A stretch of DNA of 64,000 bases from Styela clava (Eukaryota), in NCBI RefSeq assembly GCF_964204865.1, contig NC_135263.1:2852001-2916000 (forward strand). The letters are read 5' to 3'. The first letter of the stretch is position 1, and each line of letters opens with the position of its first letter. Under the pieces are notes generated by a model. The model was not told the origin of the DNA. It was given only the letters and a program-made list of their open reading frames with translations, and did no database searches. Shown piece by piece: positions 1 to 13,400 of this stretch. A program made the position numbers and the translations under genes.

Positions 1-163
1 AAATTAAGTACCACACCATTATTATAAAGCGTTTTAAGTGCTCCAGCTAAACTGATTTAATTAAATACACCCCAAGCAGGTCAATGACGTCACGGTCATT
101 AGTTATCAAATTACAGGCACACAAAAGATAATATAATACATCTTCTTCGGGGGCAGAGTTATA

Positions 164-446
164 CAGGTTGGTCGCTAGAAAAAAACAAAAGTTTGTCAAA
201 CAGCTATTTATTTAATTTTATAAAGACTAATTTTTACAAAGTTCCATCAAAGGCATATGTTATATTACACTCATAGATGCTCAAAATGTCGGCTGTGCAC
301 TTCAGAGCAGTGCCTTAGCCTAGAAGTCCAAGCTCGTTTTGCGTTTTGGAGGGTAATTTGTGGGATATCGTCCAATTCAACCTATTCCTATACGCATTTT
401 ATTCGTGATCTCATCTGACCTTCTGATTTTCTAGCGACCACCGTTG
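164..446. mobile_element. Tc1/mariner-derived MITE
   Basis: TIRs CAGGTTGGTCGCTAGAAAA / TTTTCTAGCGACCACCGTTG with TA on both sides. Minus strand keeps a mariner-like transposase C-terminus (RAWTSRLRHCSEVHSRHFEHL). Confidence 0.75.
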
Positions 447-615
447 TATTAGAAAGTGTGCAGTAAGTACAGTGTTTCTCAAGTTGCGGGCGTGGAGTCG
501 AAGTTTTATCAGAGTCGTTGAGTTACAGCCTGATTAAATTCATAACTTGAATGTCAGACTTTTCGCTAGTCGAGTGAAAAAACTTATGTTGTTCTTTGCT
601 TAGTCAAACTATGTC

Positions 616-1740
616 AAGGTGGTCCAAACCCAGGCCCGCGTTGGCTATGCCTGATAACTAAATAGTAATGTTGTGGCCGAACAATATAATTCCTGCTGGG
701 TGTTTTTTTGTATCCAGCCTAAACAGTATTACGAAAAATGCTGCCTATATGTCAGAAAACTTAGTATTTACCCTCCTGTATCTCAAATTTGATAAAATTC
801 GGTAATCAATCAATCCGCAGTTATTTATAATATTTTGGGGTTTAGAGGCCGTTTAGCTTCGTTTCCGGGCCGGAAAGCGTTTGCCCGAGTATTGGGAACT
901 TTTCCATGTATTATTGGGGGTGGGGGCAGTGCCTCCGCCCGCTCAGTGGTGAGAAAACGTGTGGAAAGCCACGCCCACTTTGTTATTATTGATTTTGGAC
1001 GATTAGGAGCACTTGGAATGGGATTTCGATAAAAGCGATGCTTAAATCTCGAAGGGAATAATTAATCAAATATTTCACCATTTGGAATTTCCCCCTCCCT
1101 GTAACGCTCCAGTGAGTTTGAATAGAGTTTGGAAAAATTTTTTGTCACGGTTGAGTGATCACGGACCAAAAAAATTGATAAAACTCGACTCTCATTATGA
1201 GTGATCAGTTCATGACATGGTATTAAAACTATTTAGAGGACTAAAATGAGCGGGGGTAGCGCGCCGGACGAATATACGCCATTCGCCCTGCACAACGCCC
1301 TTCCTGCTTCCACTCTACATCAAACGAGCGTCAGCTTTTTACTTAGTCCAAAACTTTTTCTCTAATGATTCCCCTCGCGGGTAGCGTAGCGACCGTCCAC
1401 TGGATATGGGATGGAAATTACCACAATGCTTGCTTGATATGACTGCAAGTTGTGTCTGTGACAATCTAAAACGGCATTATCGCCTTATGGCACTTCTTCC
1501 GTTATGAAGGGTTTGAAATCTTACACTAAATGTATATATAGTAAGTTTTTTGCACGTTTCATTGAGTTTTTTGGTTGTTTTTGCGTGTTTTAGTTTGATA
1601 AATGACACATAATGATCAATGTGTTTTGACAATAAAAGTGTTTGTTTTGTATTGCACTGTTTACTTATTCTTTGCACTATTGTGACCCGCGAACAATACA
1701 AAAATAATAGTGTGGCCCGCGTGGCCGACAACCTTAGACA
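616..1740. mobile_element. Degraded non-autonomous hAT element (inverted relative of 33397-33873) with internal insertions
   Basis: Ends caaggtggtccaaacccaggcccgcg and gtggcccgcgtggccgacaacctt are reverse complements of the ends of 33397-33873. About 1625-1735 matches 33410-33520 in reverse. Confidence 0.55.
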
Positions 1741-3321
1741 TTTCAGGACATTCTCATGAAAATGTCAGGACAAAGTTCTAATATTAAATGAATAATTCTG
1801 TATCTGCTTTTCTGGGACTTAGTTTTTAGCGAAGTAAGTCAACTATGAAATTCTGAGTAAATATATAATAAACTTAATGTATGAAGTGTGGTGCTATTAT
1901 TATTATGAGTAAAAACTGCTATTTTCTAATTTATTGAGCCAATTTGCAGGATAGGAAATTTCATTAAAACCGACATCAATAGGATGTACCAGGTACTGGG
2001 TGAGACCTGATTATTCTCATGTGAACCATTGTTGATGGAATTTGTTTACGTGCTGGTGGTAACTTTTCATTTGAGCACTGTGCTCAGACTAAAGTGTATA
2101 CACAACCCCATTTGTTCATACCTATCAGCTCGATAAGATTTTGCAAGTATATTTGTATGATTAAGTCGTTCAGCACTACCTTGGCGATTTTTGTTTAGCC
2201 TTTTAACTAATTAAGATCGTTTAATCATTTACAACTTCCGCAGCATTTGACGAATTTTGAGTACAAGTAATAAGTTTGTGTTGAGAATATAGAAATAAAG
2301 GGAATAGGTCATGAATCAAAAATACTCATTAATACATCATCAATATTCATTTTGAGCTTTGCATAAGGCTTGCATTTGTAAACGTAAATCGCGATCGTGT
2401 TTACGCTTTGCTATGCTTAATAGCAGCGGTTTCATCATTTTTGTTGAAGCGTAACCCCAACGAAACATTCCAGTCGAGAAACCCTTGTGAACCCTCGAGG
2501 CACCCCTGTTGACATTTGCAAGAAGACTAATGTTCACACAAAGAAAATAATAACTGCATCGCCATTCGCGCAAAATCTATATACTCCGACGAGTTTTGAT
2601 AAAAATTTTTGTGTGGGCCGCAATATTCTTCTATTCAACTCTTGATATTACTTTTGTTGCAGATAAAACCACCTTTAATATGATGCGATAAATTCTCAGA
2701 GATAAAATATTTTCTAAATAAATATTGCTGCACTATTGTAAGAATATATTTACTTGATTGGTGAATAATTTTGGGATAACCGCGTTTGTTAGACTAGCTC
2801 AGCGTTTCCCAACCTTTTTTGGTCATGGACTATTTTCTCACCGGCGAAAACCTTTGCGGACTCAAGGTGCGTTTATTGCAACTGTACTCTGTGTAAAGAA
2901 GCAATAAAATCTAACACAACAGCAAAACCAAACACAACGAATATCAAAATCGGAAATTCGCCGCAATTACGCGTTCGTTAAAAGAGCCGACATTTTTGGT
3001 GTATAATGGATTCTTCTGTCGCACAGTATTCATTCCATGACAACGACGAGAATTTAATTTCCATTTTAATTTAATTGTGTTCATCATGGTAACTCGCGGT
3101 TGCGTCGACTTACGACAAGATGAAAGCATGACTTTTTTAAAATTCCACTGCCATCTGCGAACATAATAATGAGAGAATATATTGCCTGAATATATTCAGC
3201 TTTGATACATATTTTTTGCGATCTTGCGAATTCGTTATAGCTGTTAGAAAAAATCATACTATCTGCTATAAATTTCCAGAATGTACAACTTAATTTAGTA
3301 TTTATTAATAATATATAAAAA

Positions 3322-3343
3322 GTATATATATATATATATATAT
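3322..3343. repeat. (TA)n microsatellite
   Basis: Direct reading of the sequence. Confidence 0.85.
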
Positions 3344-3496
3344 TAGTAAATCAAGAATACATATTCATCGCCTTGGAATTCTCGCAAACAACTTCTGAAG
3401 TAATCATCTCGTATACGTCACTCGTTAAGTAGCCAACGTGATTGAATATATATATGGAAGTGACAAATAATATGAAATAAAGTTGACACACTTTGA

Positions 3497-4380
3497 AAGG
3501 TATCATGGTATTTATGTCATTACCAACTACATCTGCAACAAGGGACATAAATATTTTGAGATCATGATAAGTGTCTTGAAAGAACACAGAGAAAAGCTGA
3601 TTGCCAGTTAATACATCAAGGTTATCATGGTATTTATGTCATATAAAACTGGCATGATATTTTGGTATCTTGAGAACAATTTTATAACATCGCTAATTGG
3701 CACACATCGGAAAGTATCATGATATTTATGTCATATAAATCTAGCAATATTTTGGTATCTTGACAAGTGTCCAACAATGGAAAGTAGTCATTGGGAGTTG
3801 AGGAGATATATGCATGCCTAGGCTAATATTATTTTTATGTTTTTTTAAAATGTTTTATAACAGAATAGCTAGTTGGCACACATCGAAGGGTATTATGGTA
3901 TTATGTCCCACAAATCTGGGTACTACCGTAGTATGTGCACCAAGATGGCGGACACCGAAACGTAGTGTGGGTACCAGGTTAGACCATAATTTCAGGAGTA
4001 TATGGCTAGTCCCCAAATTCGTAATAAAACTAAATACGGAAAATTAGAATAAATTATGCCCATATTACGTTCCGGCGTCCGCCATCTTGGTCCAGCCTAA
4101 ATCTGGCATGATATTTTGGTATCTTGAGAAGTGTCCAACAATGAAAAGTAGAGTCGTTGGGATTTACACAAATATATGCATGCTTTGGCTAATATAATAT
4201 ATTTTTTTTTTATGTTTCCTTGGACTGTTTTATAACAGAATGGCAGAAAATGATAGTTGGCACACATCGAAGGGTATCATGGTATTTATGTCATATAAAT
4301 ATGGCATGATATTTTGGTATCTTTAGAAGTGTCCGGCAATGAGGAGTGTAGAGTTAAACAGATACAGATATACATGCTTC
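3497..4380. repeat. Degenerate tandem repeat array
   Basis: Recurring gtatcatggtatttatgtcatataaatctggcatgatattttggtatcttgagaagtgtcc units near 3500, 3622, 3714, 3890/4100 and 4274. One unit is interrupted by a foldback MITE. Confidence 0.7.
3920..4092. mobile_element. Foldback MITE (GGTACTCCCGTAGTATGTG family), degraded copy
   Basis: Same sequence as the copies at 21451, 24147, 26399 and 30921. caagatggcggacaccg ... cggcgtccgccatcttg inverted arms. Confidence 0.7.
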
Positions 4381-4689
4381 GAATAGTATAAATTTTATGT
4401 TGAATTTGAACAGAATCACATATCTTGAAGCTGAAATAAAACAACTTCTAAAGGACACAGAAACATTTGTTCTTGTCGAAGATAGCTTTTCCAATGACTT
4501 GAGCACCATAATAAAAAAAGGTAAAAATAGTATATTTGTTTAGCTTCTAACTTCTATCAGTAAGGGAATACATTTATCAAATCTTTTCTTAATCACACTC
4601 AAAATGATTTCATCCCACATCCTACCACTGAACTCTGAAATATCTTTTTATATGTCTTGAACCACAGCATCACGAAAAAATGAAGTTAA

Positions 4690-5590
4690 CCACTTTTATT
4701 CACTGTTCTGGAAAGAACAAACCAAATTAAATAGAGCATCATCATGCGGAAAAAGATACCACCCTGAAATAATCAAGGAACAAAATTTTGTCTTTAAATT
4801 AAAATTGGCCATATGAATAAATAAGAGATTTATATTACAGATTTTACCTGAGTTTGGCTGCAAAAGTCGTAGAGCTTATGAAGAACTGAGAGAAAGCGGT
4901 TTGCTCCACCTGCCGAGCAATCGAACATTAAGTGATTACAGGTCAGGCCAGTCAGAAACACATGCCAAATAAATCCATGTTGTAAAGATTGTGTTGCAAG
5001 TCTATTAAAGGCCATTTGAATGCAGGAATGTTTTCTGACCCTCTCCAGGGTTACACAACCATGTTTTGGAAGAAATCAAAACCAGAATCCTAAAATGGAA
5101 GAACATGAAAAATACATAGTGCTATCCATTTGATGAAATGAAAGGTGACCGATATATCATTATATAGCGTACAAAAGACCTAGAAAATGTTTTGTGTTAC
5201 AGAAAAATTAGTTCACATAGCAAAAAGCAGTCATTGGAAATATTTTGCGCTTACATAGTAAAAAACAGTCCTTAAAAATATTTTGCATTACAGGTAAAAT
5301 TAGTTCATAGTAAAAGCAGTCATTGGAAACATTTTGCATTACAGAAAAAAAAAATAGCTGACAGTGAATAGCAGTCATAGGAAATATTTTACAATGCAGA
5401 AGAAATAGTTCACATAGTAACTAGCAGTAATATAAAATATTTTTGCATGACAATGAAAAAGAATTTAGCATACAATTCGGCAACCGATAAAATGATAGGT
5501 TTTGTTGACCTCGGTCCAAGTCGAGGAAAAGATGAAAATTCAGCAGCTACACATGCCTTACAAATTTACATTCGATCAATAGCAGCAATT
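4690..5590 (+). pseudogene. P-element (THAP9-like) transposase relic
   Basis: Fragments translate to LFWKEQ..GKRYHPEII, SRRAYEELRESGLLHLPSNRTLSDY, KYIVLS-FDEMK and NLAYNSATDKMIGFVDLG..AATHALQIYIRS, the motif order of P-superfamily transposases. Frameshifted and interrupted. Confidence 0.75.
5182..5460. repeat. ~55-60 bp minisatellite inside the P-transposase relic
   Basis: About 5 copies of ggaaatattttgcattacagaaaaaattagttcacatagtaaaaagcagtcatt. Confidence 0.75.
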
Positions 5591-8500
5591 TTCTTACTGG
5601 ATGATGAATCCACATAATCATCTTCAGATATTCAGAATATTGTAGTACACAGTAATACGCTAAAAACTAGTGATGACAAAACCATATCTATCTAAAATAC
5701 CCTACTAGTATTCTAATGATGCATAAATATTTTTTCTGAATAAGCAAAATTTCGTTTCTTTCAAAATGTCAGCTACCGTACATACAAACATAAGGTACCG
5801 CTCCTATTGATGTGAGGCAGTTTTTTTTAGATTTTGTCAAGTCTTGCACCCCCTCCCTCAGGAGGTCCATATGGAGCACAGAGCTATGATTGAGAGAGGC
5901 CTTTGTTCGCCATATATTTGGACCGACTTTCCTCTCCCCAGCTCCCCCTGAATAAATATGTAAATCCCATGTTACCGGTATATCAATGAATAAATACAGA
6001 AATAACCGCTCCCCACTTGCATGACTTGGCGACTGGTTCATATTCTGTTAGGTAGCTACGTTTTCTGTCTAATAGATATGCATTCCCAATAAGCATATGC
6101 TCATAGTTGTATGCTTTTAGCGTACAATACTTCGAAACCCAAACCCAAACATGAATGGAAGTATTAAAGACCTCAATACGGCCAATTTCACACCCGGCTC
6201 GGTTGTTTTTGCAGCGAGCGATATGTTTTCTAAATATTCAACGAACCATTTAGCTGGACGACGTAAAAATGCAGGGTTCAATGGCATAATGAGCAAATAT
6301 TTGGTAGTTTCCACTCATTGTATGTATGCTCATTGGGTATGAATATGGTAGCAATTCTTGAAACTGAAAATAGCCAATAAACATAGTATCAACATACATA
6401 AATTCAATATTTAATCGAATTTTTCGGTCTTTTTGCGCGCGACACTCACCTTGTATTTGTTCATATTCGAAAACATTTTGTTCACGATGTGATTTACATA
6501 CTATTTCGCGTATTGTGTTATGTAAATGGAGGGAGGTGGTCTTTATTCTCTATAAATAAAACTATTTTATTTATTCAGTATTCAAGGGACCGTTTGATAA
6601 TGTAATTATAAAAACCCACTTAATAGTTGTGCTGCACAATATGTTCTCAATTCAAATTACTTACGGTATATAAAAAATCCTCTCTTAAAATAACAAAATT
6701 CCTCTCATTGGTGGAATTTTTAGCCGGCTAGAAAGCATTTCCATCAGTGTCTAGTTAGTTTTACCAGTTGTTTGTTGGACTATTATTTGATAACAAACTT
6801 TGCGGTCGCGACTGAAAATTTGTGTAGCTAGCACCTTGAAAATTTCTTCTAGATAGTATTTCATTTTATTTTATTTTTTTGTTTAAATATTGCGCATGTG
6901 AATTTTGAAGCTGTTAGGACCGTCTTGTTCATCTTCTAATGTCAATTAAATTTTTAATTTAAAAATTTGAAGTTTACAGAAGGCAGATTTTCCGGTCGCC
7001 CAGACCGTTTTTTGACTCCCAATATTTTCTGGTCAGCCTAATACTCGGAAAATACGGTACTCAAAAAATAGTAATGATAGTTTACTCAAAGACAATTACA
7101 GAAAATTTAATTTTTGGGGTAAACGAATAATAAAATAATTGATAGGTATTGTATTTTTCATTAAGAATAACTATTTCAGAGAAAACACATTATAGCCTTA
7201 TATACTTTCTTTTGTAGGACCTACGAATTTCAATTATAAATCAGCATATATCGTGAAAGGTGTCGCGGCACGTTGGAAAATATCCATGGGGGTCTCGACG
7301 CAAAAAAGGTTGGGAACCACTGTATTAGATAATTACCTGGCAAGCTACCATCAATCGTATTATCGAAACGTGGAGTTTTATGTTCTGTAGGTTGAAAATG
7401 GTAGTTTTATTTATGTTAAAGTTAAACCTCCTATCGAATTTGTGTGATCTGTATAACATTTTCAATGTTATAATCGAGACAGAAATCGCGAAGCGTCGAA
7501 TGTGCGTCATCTTTGTAACAAAACTTTTGGCAATATTTGTGACCGTTAGTAGGCAATAGTGATATGTTGAAATGACAATGGATACAATTATACTGCTCCA
7601 TTGATCTTAGTCGACTTGATACATTTCTATTTGTGACGCTACGACCTTGTATTGAACACGTGAATATTCAATTTATTCTTTCTAGAGAATTGTTCGAACA
7701 AAGAAAAAACACCCACTTTTGCAAAGCTATAAAAATCAAGATTGCTTTACTGTGAATTTATTGTAAACGTGATGTATACGTTTTAACAAATGCATAGGTA
7801 CTATATAGAAGAATTGAACTAAATGCTTTTAAAATATTTATTTCACTTTGAGTGATATCATGTCGAATTAAGAAAACGAGAGATAAATATTTATTGACTA
7901 GTGGTTAAAGTTGCGGGCCAGAACTATATTATGTGGTACACCCTTGGATTACCCTATTTTACAGACTTTTCCCCCTCAAATTCGATCGTGCGTCTGAAGT
8001 GTGGATCATGTAGTGCTAGATGATTAATTGTCCACACTCCTTATTAACCAGTAAATATGGACTATTGAAATTTATTGACGGTGCGTACTAAAACGCGAAG
8101 CGTCAAATGGTGCGAAAATACGGTAGTCTAATCAAATTAGATTTGTATCTAGCAGATTTATTTCGAAAATTACTAAATAATTTTACTTTTCAGTTTTCTA
8201 GAATTTTTTTGTAGAAATCATTGCATTGCTTCTTACATGATTTTCATTTTGTTCGGTTTTTTTTACTGAAAAGACATTTAAAAACGCGTTAAATTAAAAC
8301 GAAAATCATCACTTCTAAGATTAAATACACCAATCAACTGAAGTTTATTATTCTTAAACTGTTGGTGTTGCGGAGCCCTTGAAAGGTTGAATATTATTCG
8401 CGGAGCCCCAAAATAAATGTTAAAATCGTTACTTTCATATTAATATTCCTGAGCAAGTTAAAAGTACTTTACTTATTTTAAACGCTGAACCTTTGTTAAT

Positions 8501-9784
8501 AGGGTTAACACAAGCCATAAATAAATCTAAATTTCAAACATCAATTATATATATATACTAAAGCTGTAAATTTGACACTTGACAAACATATTAATTAATT
8601 AGGGGGTGAATCTTTTCCCTGTTGACATTTTTGGAAGACTTAAAAGGCCTCTAATAACGTGCGCAATTTCATTTTGTTACAATCGCCGATTTTTTTCGTC
8701 AGCATGGCGTGTTTTTGAACCTTTAAACATCTTTACGCCAGTGTTTATTCTGCCCAAATCAGAAATTTTCTTCGGCATATACATGTATTGTTACACAATG
8801 ACGACGTTAATTGCTTTTTTGTTCTCGTGGGGAATTATGAGTTCAATGTGAAAATTATGTTACCATATTATAGTCATCGGCGATGAAATGCTAAAAATAA
8901 TATCTAATAAAGAGGTAAATCCGCAACTCAAATTTCTTGATTGAAAAACGGCATTCTAAAATATAAAAACTAAAATTTAAAAGAAAAGATCATACGTTTG
9001 GTTTTCAGCAGACTCACCTCAGATTGAAAACGCTTTTATAGACATTGTAAATCACAAAATTTGGTGTTATGTTAGATTTTCATCGTAGTAACTGCGAAAT
9101 CGAAAGACAGTCAATTGTGCGCGCGATGTACCTTTTTTTCATATTCTCAAAATACCGACGGAGCCGAATGCAACAAAATAAATTTCAATTGTTCGTATTT
9201 TGCCCAGAAATTGTGATTTTTTAAAACGGCGATATCTTGCTTAAAAATAATCTCAAGTGCGAAAGAACAAATCAAGTATGACAAATCCCAAGATCGAAAA
9301 AATACGACTCCTATTTATTTATAGTTGGCAGTTTATCACATATTTTATGTTATTTTGGAATAGTATTCTTTCATTCCAGTAATCCTAATAATAATCTTGA
9401 ACCAAACGTGAGTAACGATGAGCACAATTACATTTATAACGACGAGACACGTGAAAGGCTCGCATCGATCATGGATTGAATATTTTACGCAACAGAAATC
9501 TCGTTATCCGTTTTTTTAATCGCGAAGAATGTTGCGCGGAACCAATTTTGCACCACCTCCCTCTACTCTTCTGCTTATAAATAATGTCATTTTTTAATTT
9601 CGCCCTTTTACCATATTTCGAGGCTATTGCGTTGTCAGATTTTATCAAAGCTGTTATTGCTCCTTTGAACAGTTACAAAATTTTGAGTCAGTATTTTGAA
9701 GAGTAATCGAATAGCTCGCGGGGCCCCTGTGTTTCTCTCGCGGAGCCCTGGGGCTCCGTACGGAGCACTTTGAAAACCTATGTA

Positions 9785-10290
9785 TTATTGCACTATTATT
9801 CGCACTTTTCACAGGAAAGACATTTGAAAAAGAAACAAAAAAATCGAGAAAAAATGAAAATCGAAACAAAAATCACCCTAAATAAAATAAATAGGAAACA
9901 CCAATCATTAAACTAAAGTTTATTGCACAACGGTTTGAAAAGTTTCCATTTTACTTGTTTTCTCACTGAAAAGAGATTAAATGGAAATAAAATATTCAGT
10001 TATAAGTATAAAACAACAATCAATAACAAAAGGTTATTGCACTACTGTTAAAATAAATTTTATTTACTAGTTTTCATACTGAAAAGACACTAAATTGAAA
10101 CAAAAACTATCATTTTTAAGTACAATAAATATAATCACTAATCAATAAACTAGCGATTATTGGATTACTGTTTGGATAATTTTTATTAATCTCTTTTTCT
10201 TACTAGAAGAAATTTGAAAGGACTTTAAATTAAAAGGAAAATTATTACGTCCACATATAAAAACACAAATGATTGAACTAAAGGTTATTT
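9785..10290. repeat. Degenerate ~115-bp AT-rich tandem repeat downstream of gene A (related unit at ~8215-8360)
   Basis: Recurring ttattgcactactgtt...ttttcatactgaaaagac...aaactaaag units. Confidence 0.55.
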
Positions 10291-10496
10291 GTTGGTTGAT
10301 TTTCCAGGTTTCTCAAGACCAAATATAGTGAAAACGATTTTAGAAGAAATAATTTGGAGCAGCTAATTTGAGTGTGTTTGTTCAAGTATTGCTTTATTTG
10401 AAAAATACCACACAGTGGCACGTGTTAAAGTCAAGTCATTGGTATCATTACCAAACTAAGTTTCTTGTCAATTCTTTGTTTGTTTTGAGCGCTGTG

Positions 10497-13400
10497 TTAT
10501 AACAGGTCATTGTCGGTGTCGCTTTGTGGAGACCTATAAACGAATAGGGTGCAATTAGTATTGCCTTAGTTTAAAACACTCAATAAAATATTTTAATAGG
10601 ATTTTGAATTTTTTCCTATTTATATTTATAGTGTTTCAGTTATAGTATTTATTTATAGTGTTTCAAATAAAGTTTTGGAGCATTTTTGCAAACTTAAGCA
10701 TAGGGATTGAAAAAAAAACTTAAATAATGGCAATTTTTTTATATTCAGTGTCTGTATTTTTGCAAATGAATGGCTTATAAGCTATACCGGGTATACGACG
10801 CGTTTTAACGCCTTTTTCCGAACAACACTTATATTATTACTATTATTTGAATAAAAAAAAGTTCCCGGTTTGGCATTGCTTACTCAACTTAGTACACCTT
10901 TGGTGAGATGGTGGGCATAAAATTTAAACCTGTAATGTTTGATCTGCAATGCCAAATCGGTTGAATACAGCTGGGCCATCGCACCAAAGTCATTTTATTG
11001 AAAGATTTGATTACTGACAGATGCTGATATTGGTTTAATGAGCATTTTAAACTTGCAGATAATTATATTTACTTTTGAATTCAATTTATGCTTGTCTTCA
11101 TGATAATATGTATACTTTAGTAGGCCAATTTAATATTCAAAGTTATTCACCTGATCTCATGACGTGATTCATTTTCAGATGCTCTGCCATCAGAAACTAA
11201 AAAAAAGAAGAAGTTTATAAAAAAATTTATATAGTTTAAAAAACATAAAATTTACAAGAAATTGCCGGGGAAGAACCCAAGCAATCTGCAATTTTTTATG
11301 TCATAAAGTACAAAAACTAATACTAATGATACAGACGACACCATATGACGTAGCTTCAAATTGAGGAAAGTTGGACAAATTTTCCCCCTTCCCAAAGTTC
11401 CCAAATTTTTAAAAGCTGTTCGATAACCGACATTTGCTTGAGAAAGCAAGATATCAAAAGAGTAATTTCTATGCAGTAAAATCAAAGCGGTATCCCACCT
11501 ATATGTATTGTATTATTCAAGTCAAGTATTTTCTTATTGACCTACATATATATTACATTTTCATGGACATGGTTTACTCATGGACAAACAATATTCCAAT
11601 AGCAAATCTGCGATTTTTTTATGTTGAAAATTAACAAGAAGATAAGCCGTTTATTTTCTGGATGAAGCCCGAGAAAGATTCATTGAACATTGTTCATTGA
11701 CAAGTTTTAGGTACTTAGTAAAATTAATCATTCCAGGCCACAAATCAATTATGTGACCCGACAAAGTGTTATAGTAAAAATTTTATCATGTCTAATCTAA
11801 TCAATAAAAACTCGTGAAGTATTGAAACTGCACAGACGAGATGTACCTGACGTTCTTGGTGCTGTTTGGCCTCGTGGCGAATCACCGACATTTATTCCTC
11901 CACCACCAGAGACTGAAAAAGAGAAAAAAATTTGAGCAACCTATAATATTTGCACATTACACATATGATATAAAAAGATCGTTTATGAAAAGAAATGCTG
12001 AGAAGAAAAGAATAACTGATATGAAAAGAATAACTGAAATGCATAAACCAGTGGTTCTCGAACTTTAAGGATCTGTGACCCCCTTTTAATAACTCCTAAC
12101 ATTCGTGGTCCCTTGCTCTTCCATAAAACATACCTCTGTTTTGATAATACCTCGTTCACATGCGGTATTTTACACGCCATGTTTAATAATAATAATAAAA
12201 CTAACGTAATTAAATCACTGTATATCCAATCAGTCTTTTTTGTCCTTCAGTCTAATTTGCCTGAAGTATGAGGGCCGTGGGCGAATTTCGTTTTACTTGG
12301 TTGATCTGCTATAATGCTAATATTCATTTTCGATGAAGCATCAATAGCATCACCCATTTTCCCAGAGATATGATAAGACAAAGTTTGAATTAAGCCTTGT
12401 AAATATCGACTACTGTAACATTTGAGACATCAAAAATATTCACAAGAAATGATTGGAACTTACCGTGTCCGGTGTTCACGTTATTTGCATTGAAATTCTG
12501 GATGTACACTACTGATCGTTGAGATTCTAGCAAAAGAATTGTAAGATTGAGATTTTACGATAATAGCACTAGACCTTGAAACAGAAATTACTATAAAAAA
12601 AATTTGTTTTCATTTATGTAGCTTACTATGCTGCTTACGAGCAGGGAAGGACACCCTTTGGTGCGAGGAGCGAGGCGGTCCCCCTCCCCAACAATTTCGT
12701 CTATATTTAAACATATATTGTTTCCTACTAACAAAACTATCATTATTCGGAAAATGGTTAATATGCTTCTGTGATAACTGTTGTTTACAATAATGTACAC
12801 GGCAGCACTATCGGAGAACCTCACATCTTTGTAAAAAGATGCGTGTCCGCAAGGGTAATACGTGGTCTTCAAATGCACCACCAATGCCGTATAGCCGCCG
12901 TCTACGTTACGCCATTATTATTTTTACACGTTATGAACGAAGAAATATTTTAATGTTCATCACGTTGCCAAATTAACTCAACAGTGGTATTGCCGAAAGA
13001 AGCAAACAAAATGTATCTCATTACAACAATTAACTAATAACTCTGAATAATATATTAGGTGTAAAATTGTTTCGAACATGTATAACCGATTGACGTATCT
13101 TTTCCCGTTATGAATTTCATGTAAAGCCGAGAATTATTTGACGGCAGACATCACCGCCCACTACTATATCGTAGCGTTGTTTTTCATTAATGAAGTCGAA
13201 ACACTTATTAGAATTGGATTTTCAGAAACTAAAATATTATCGTTTTGGTGCTTGAGATGTGAAATAGTCGACAGTTCCACGCATTTCATTGAGTGCAATT
13301 TACTAAATTTAATAAAGGTCCTAATGAGATGCGTTGCAGCAGTGTTACAAGGACCGGGCGTTTCACTGGAATACTGGCGTGATTACAGAACTCTAGAGGT

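Noticed and set aside
3497-5460. Repeat arrays as CRISPR-like loci
   Set aside because: Units are degenerate tandem copies without unique spacers, there are no cas genes, and the context is eukaryotic.
2800-7322. One large hAT element bounded by CAGCGTTTCCCAACC and GGTTGGGAACCACTG
   Set aside because: The flanking 8-mers (gactagct vs tattagat) do not match, so these may be ends of separate copies.
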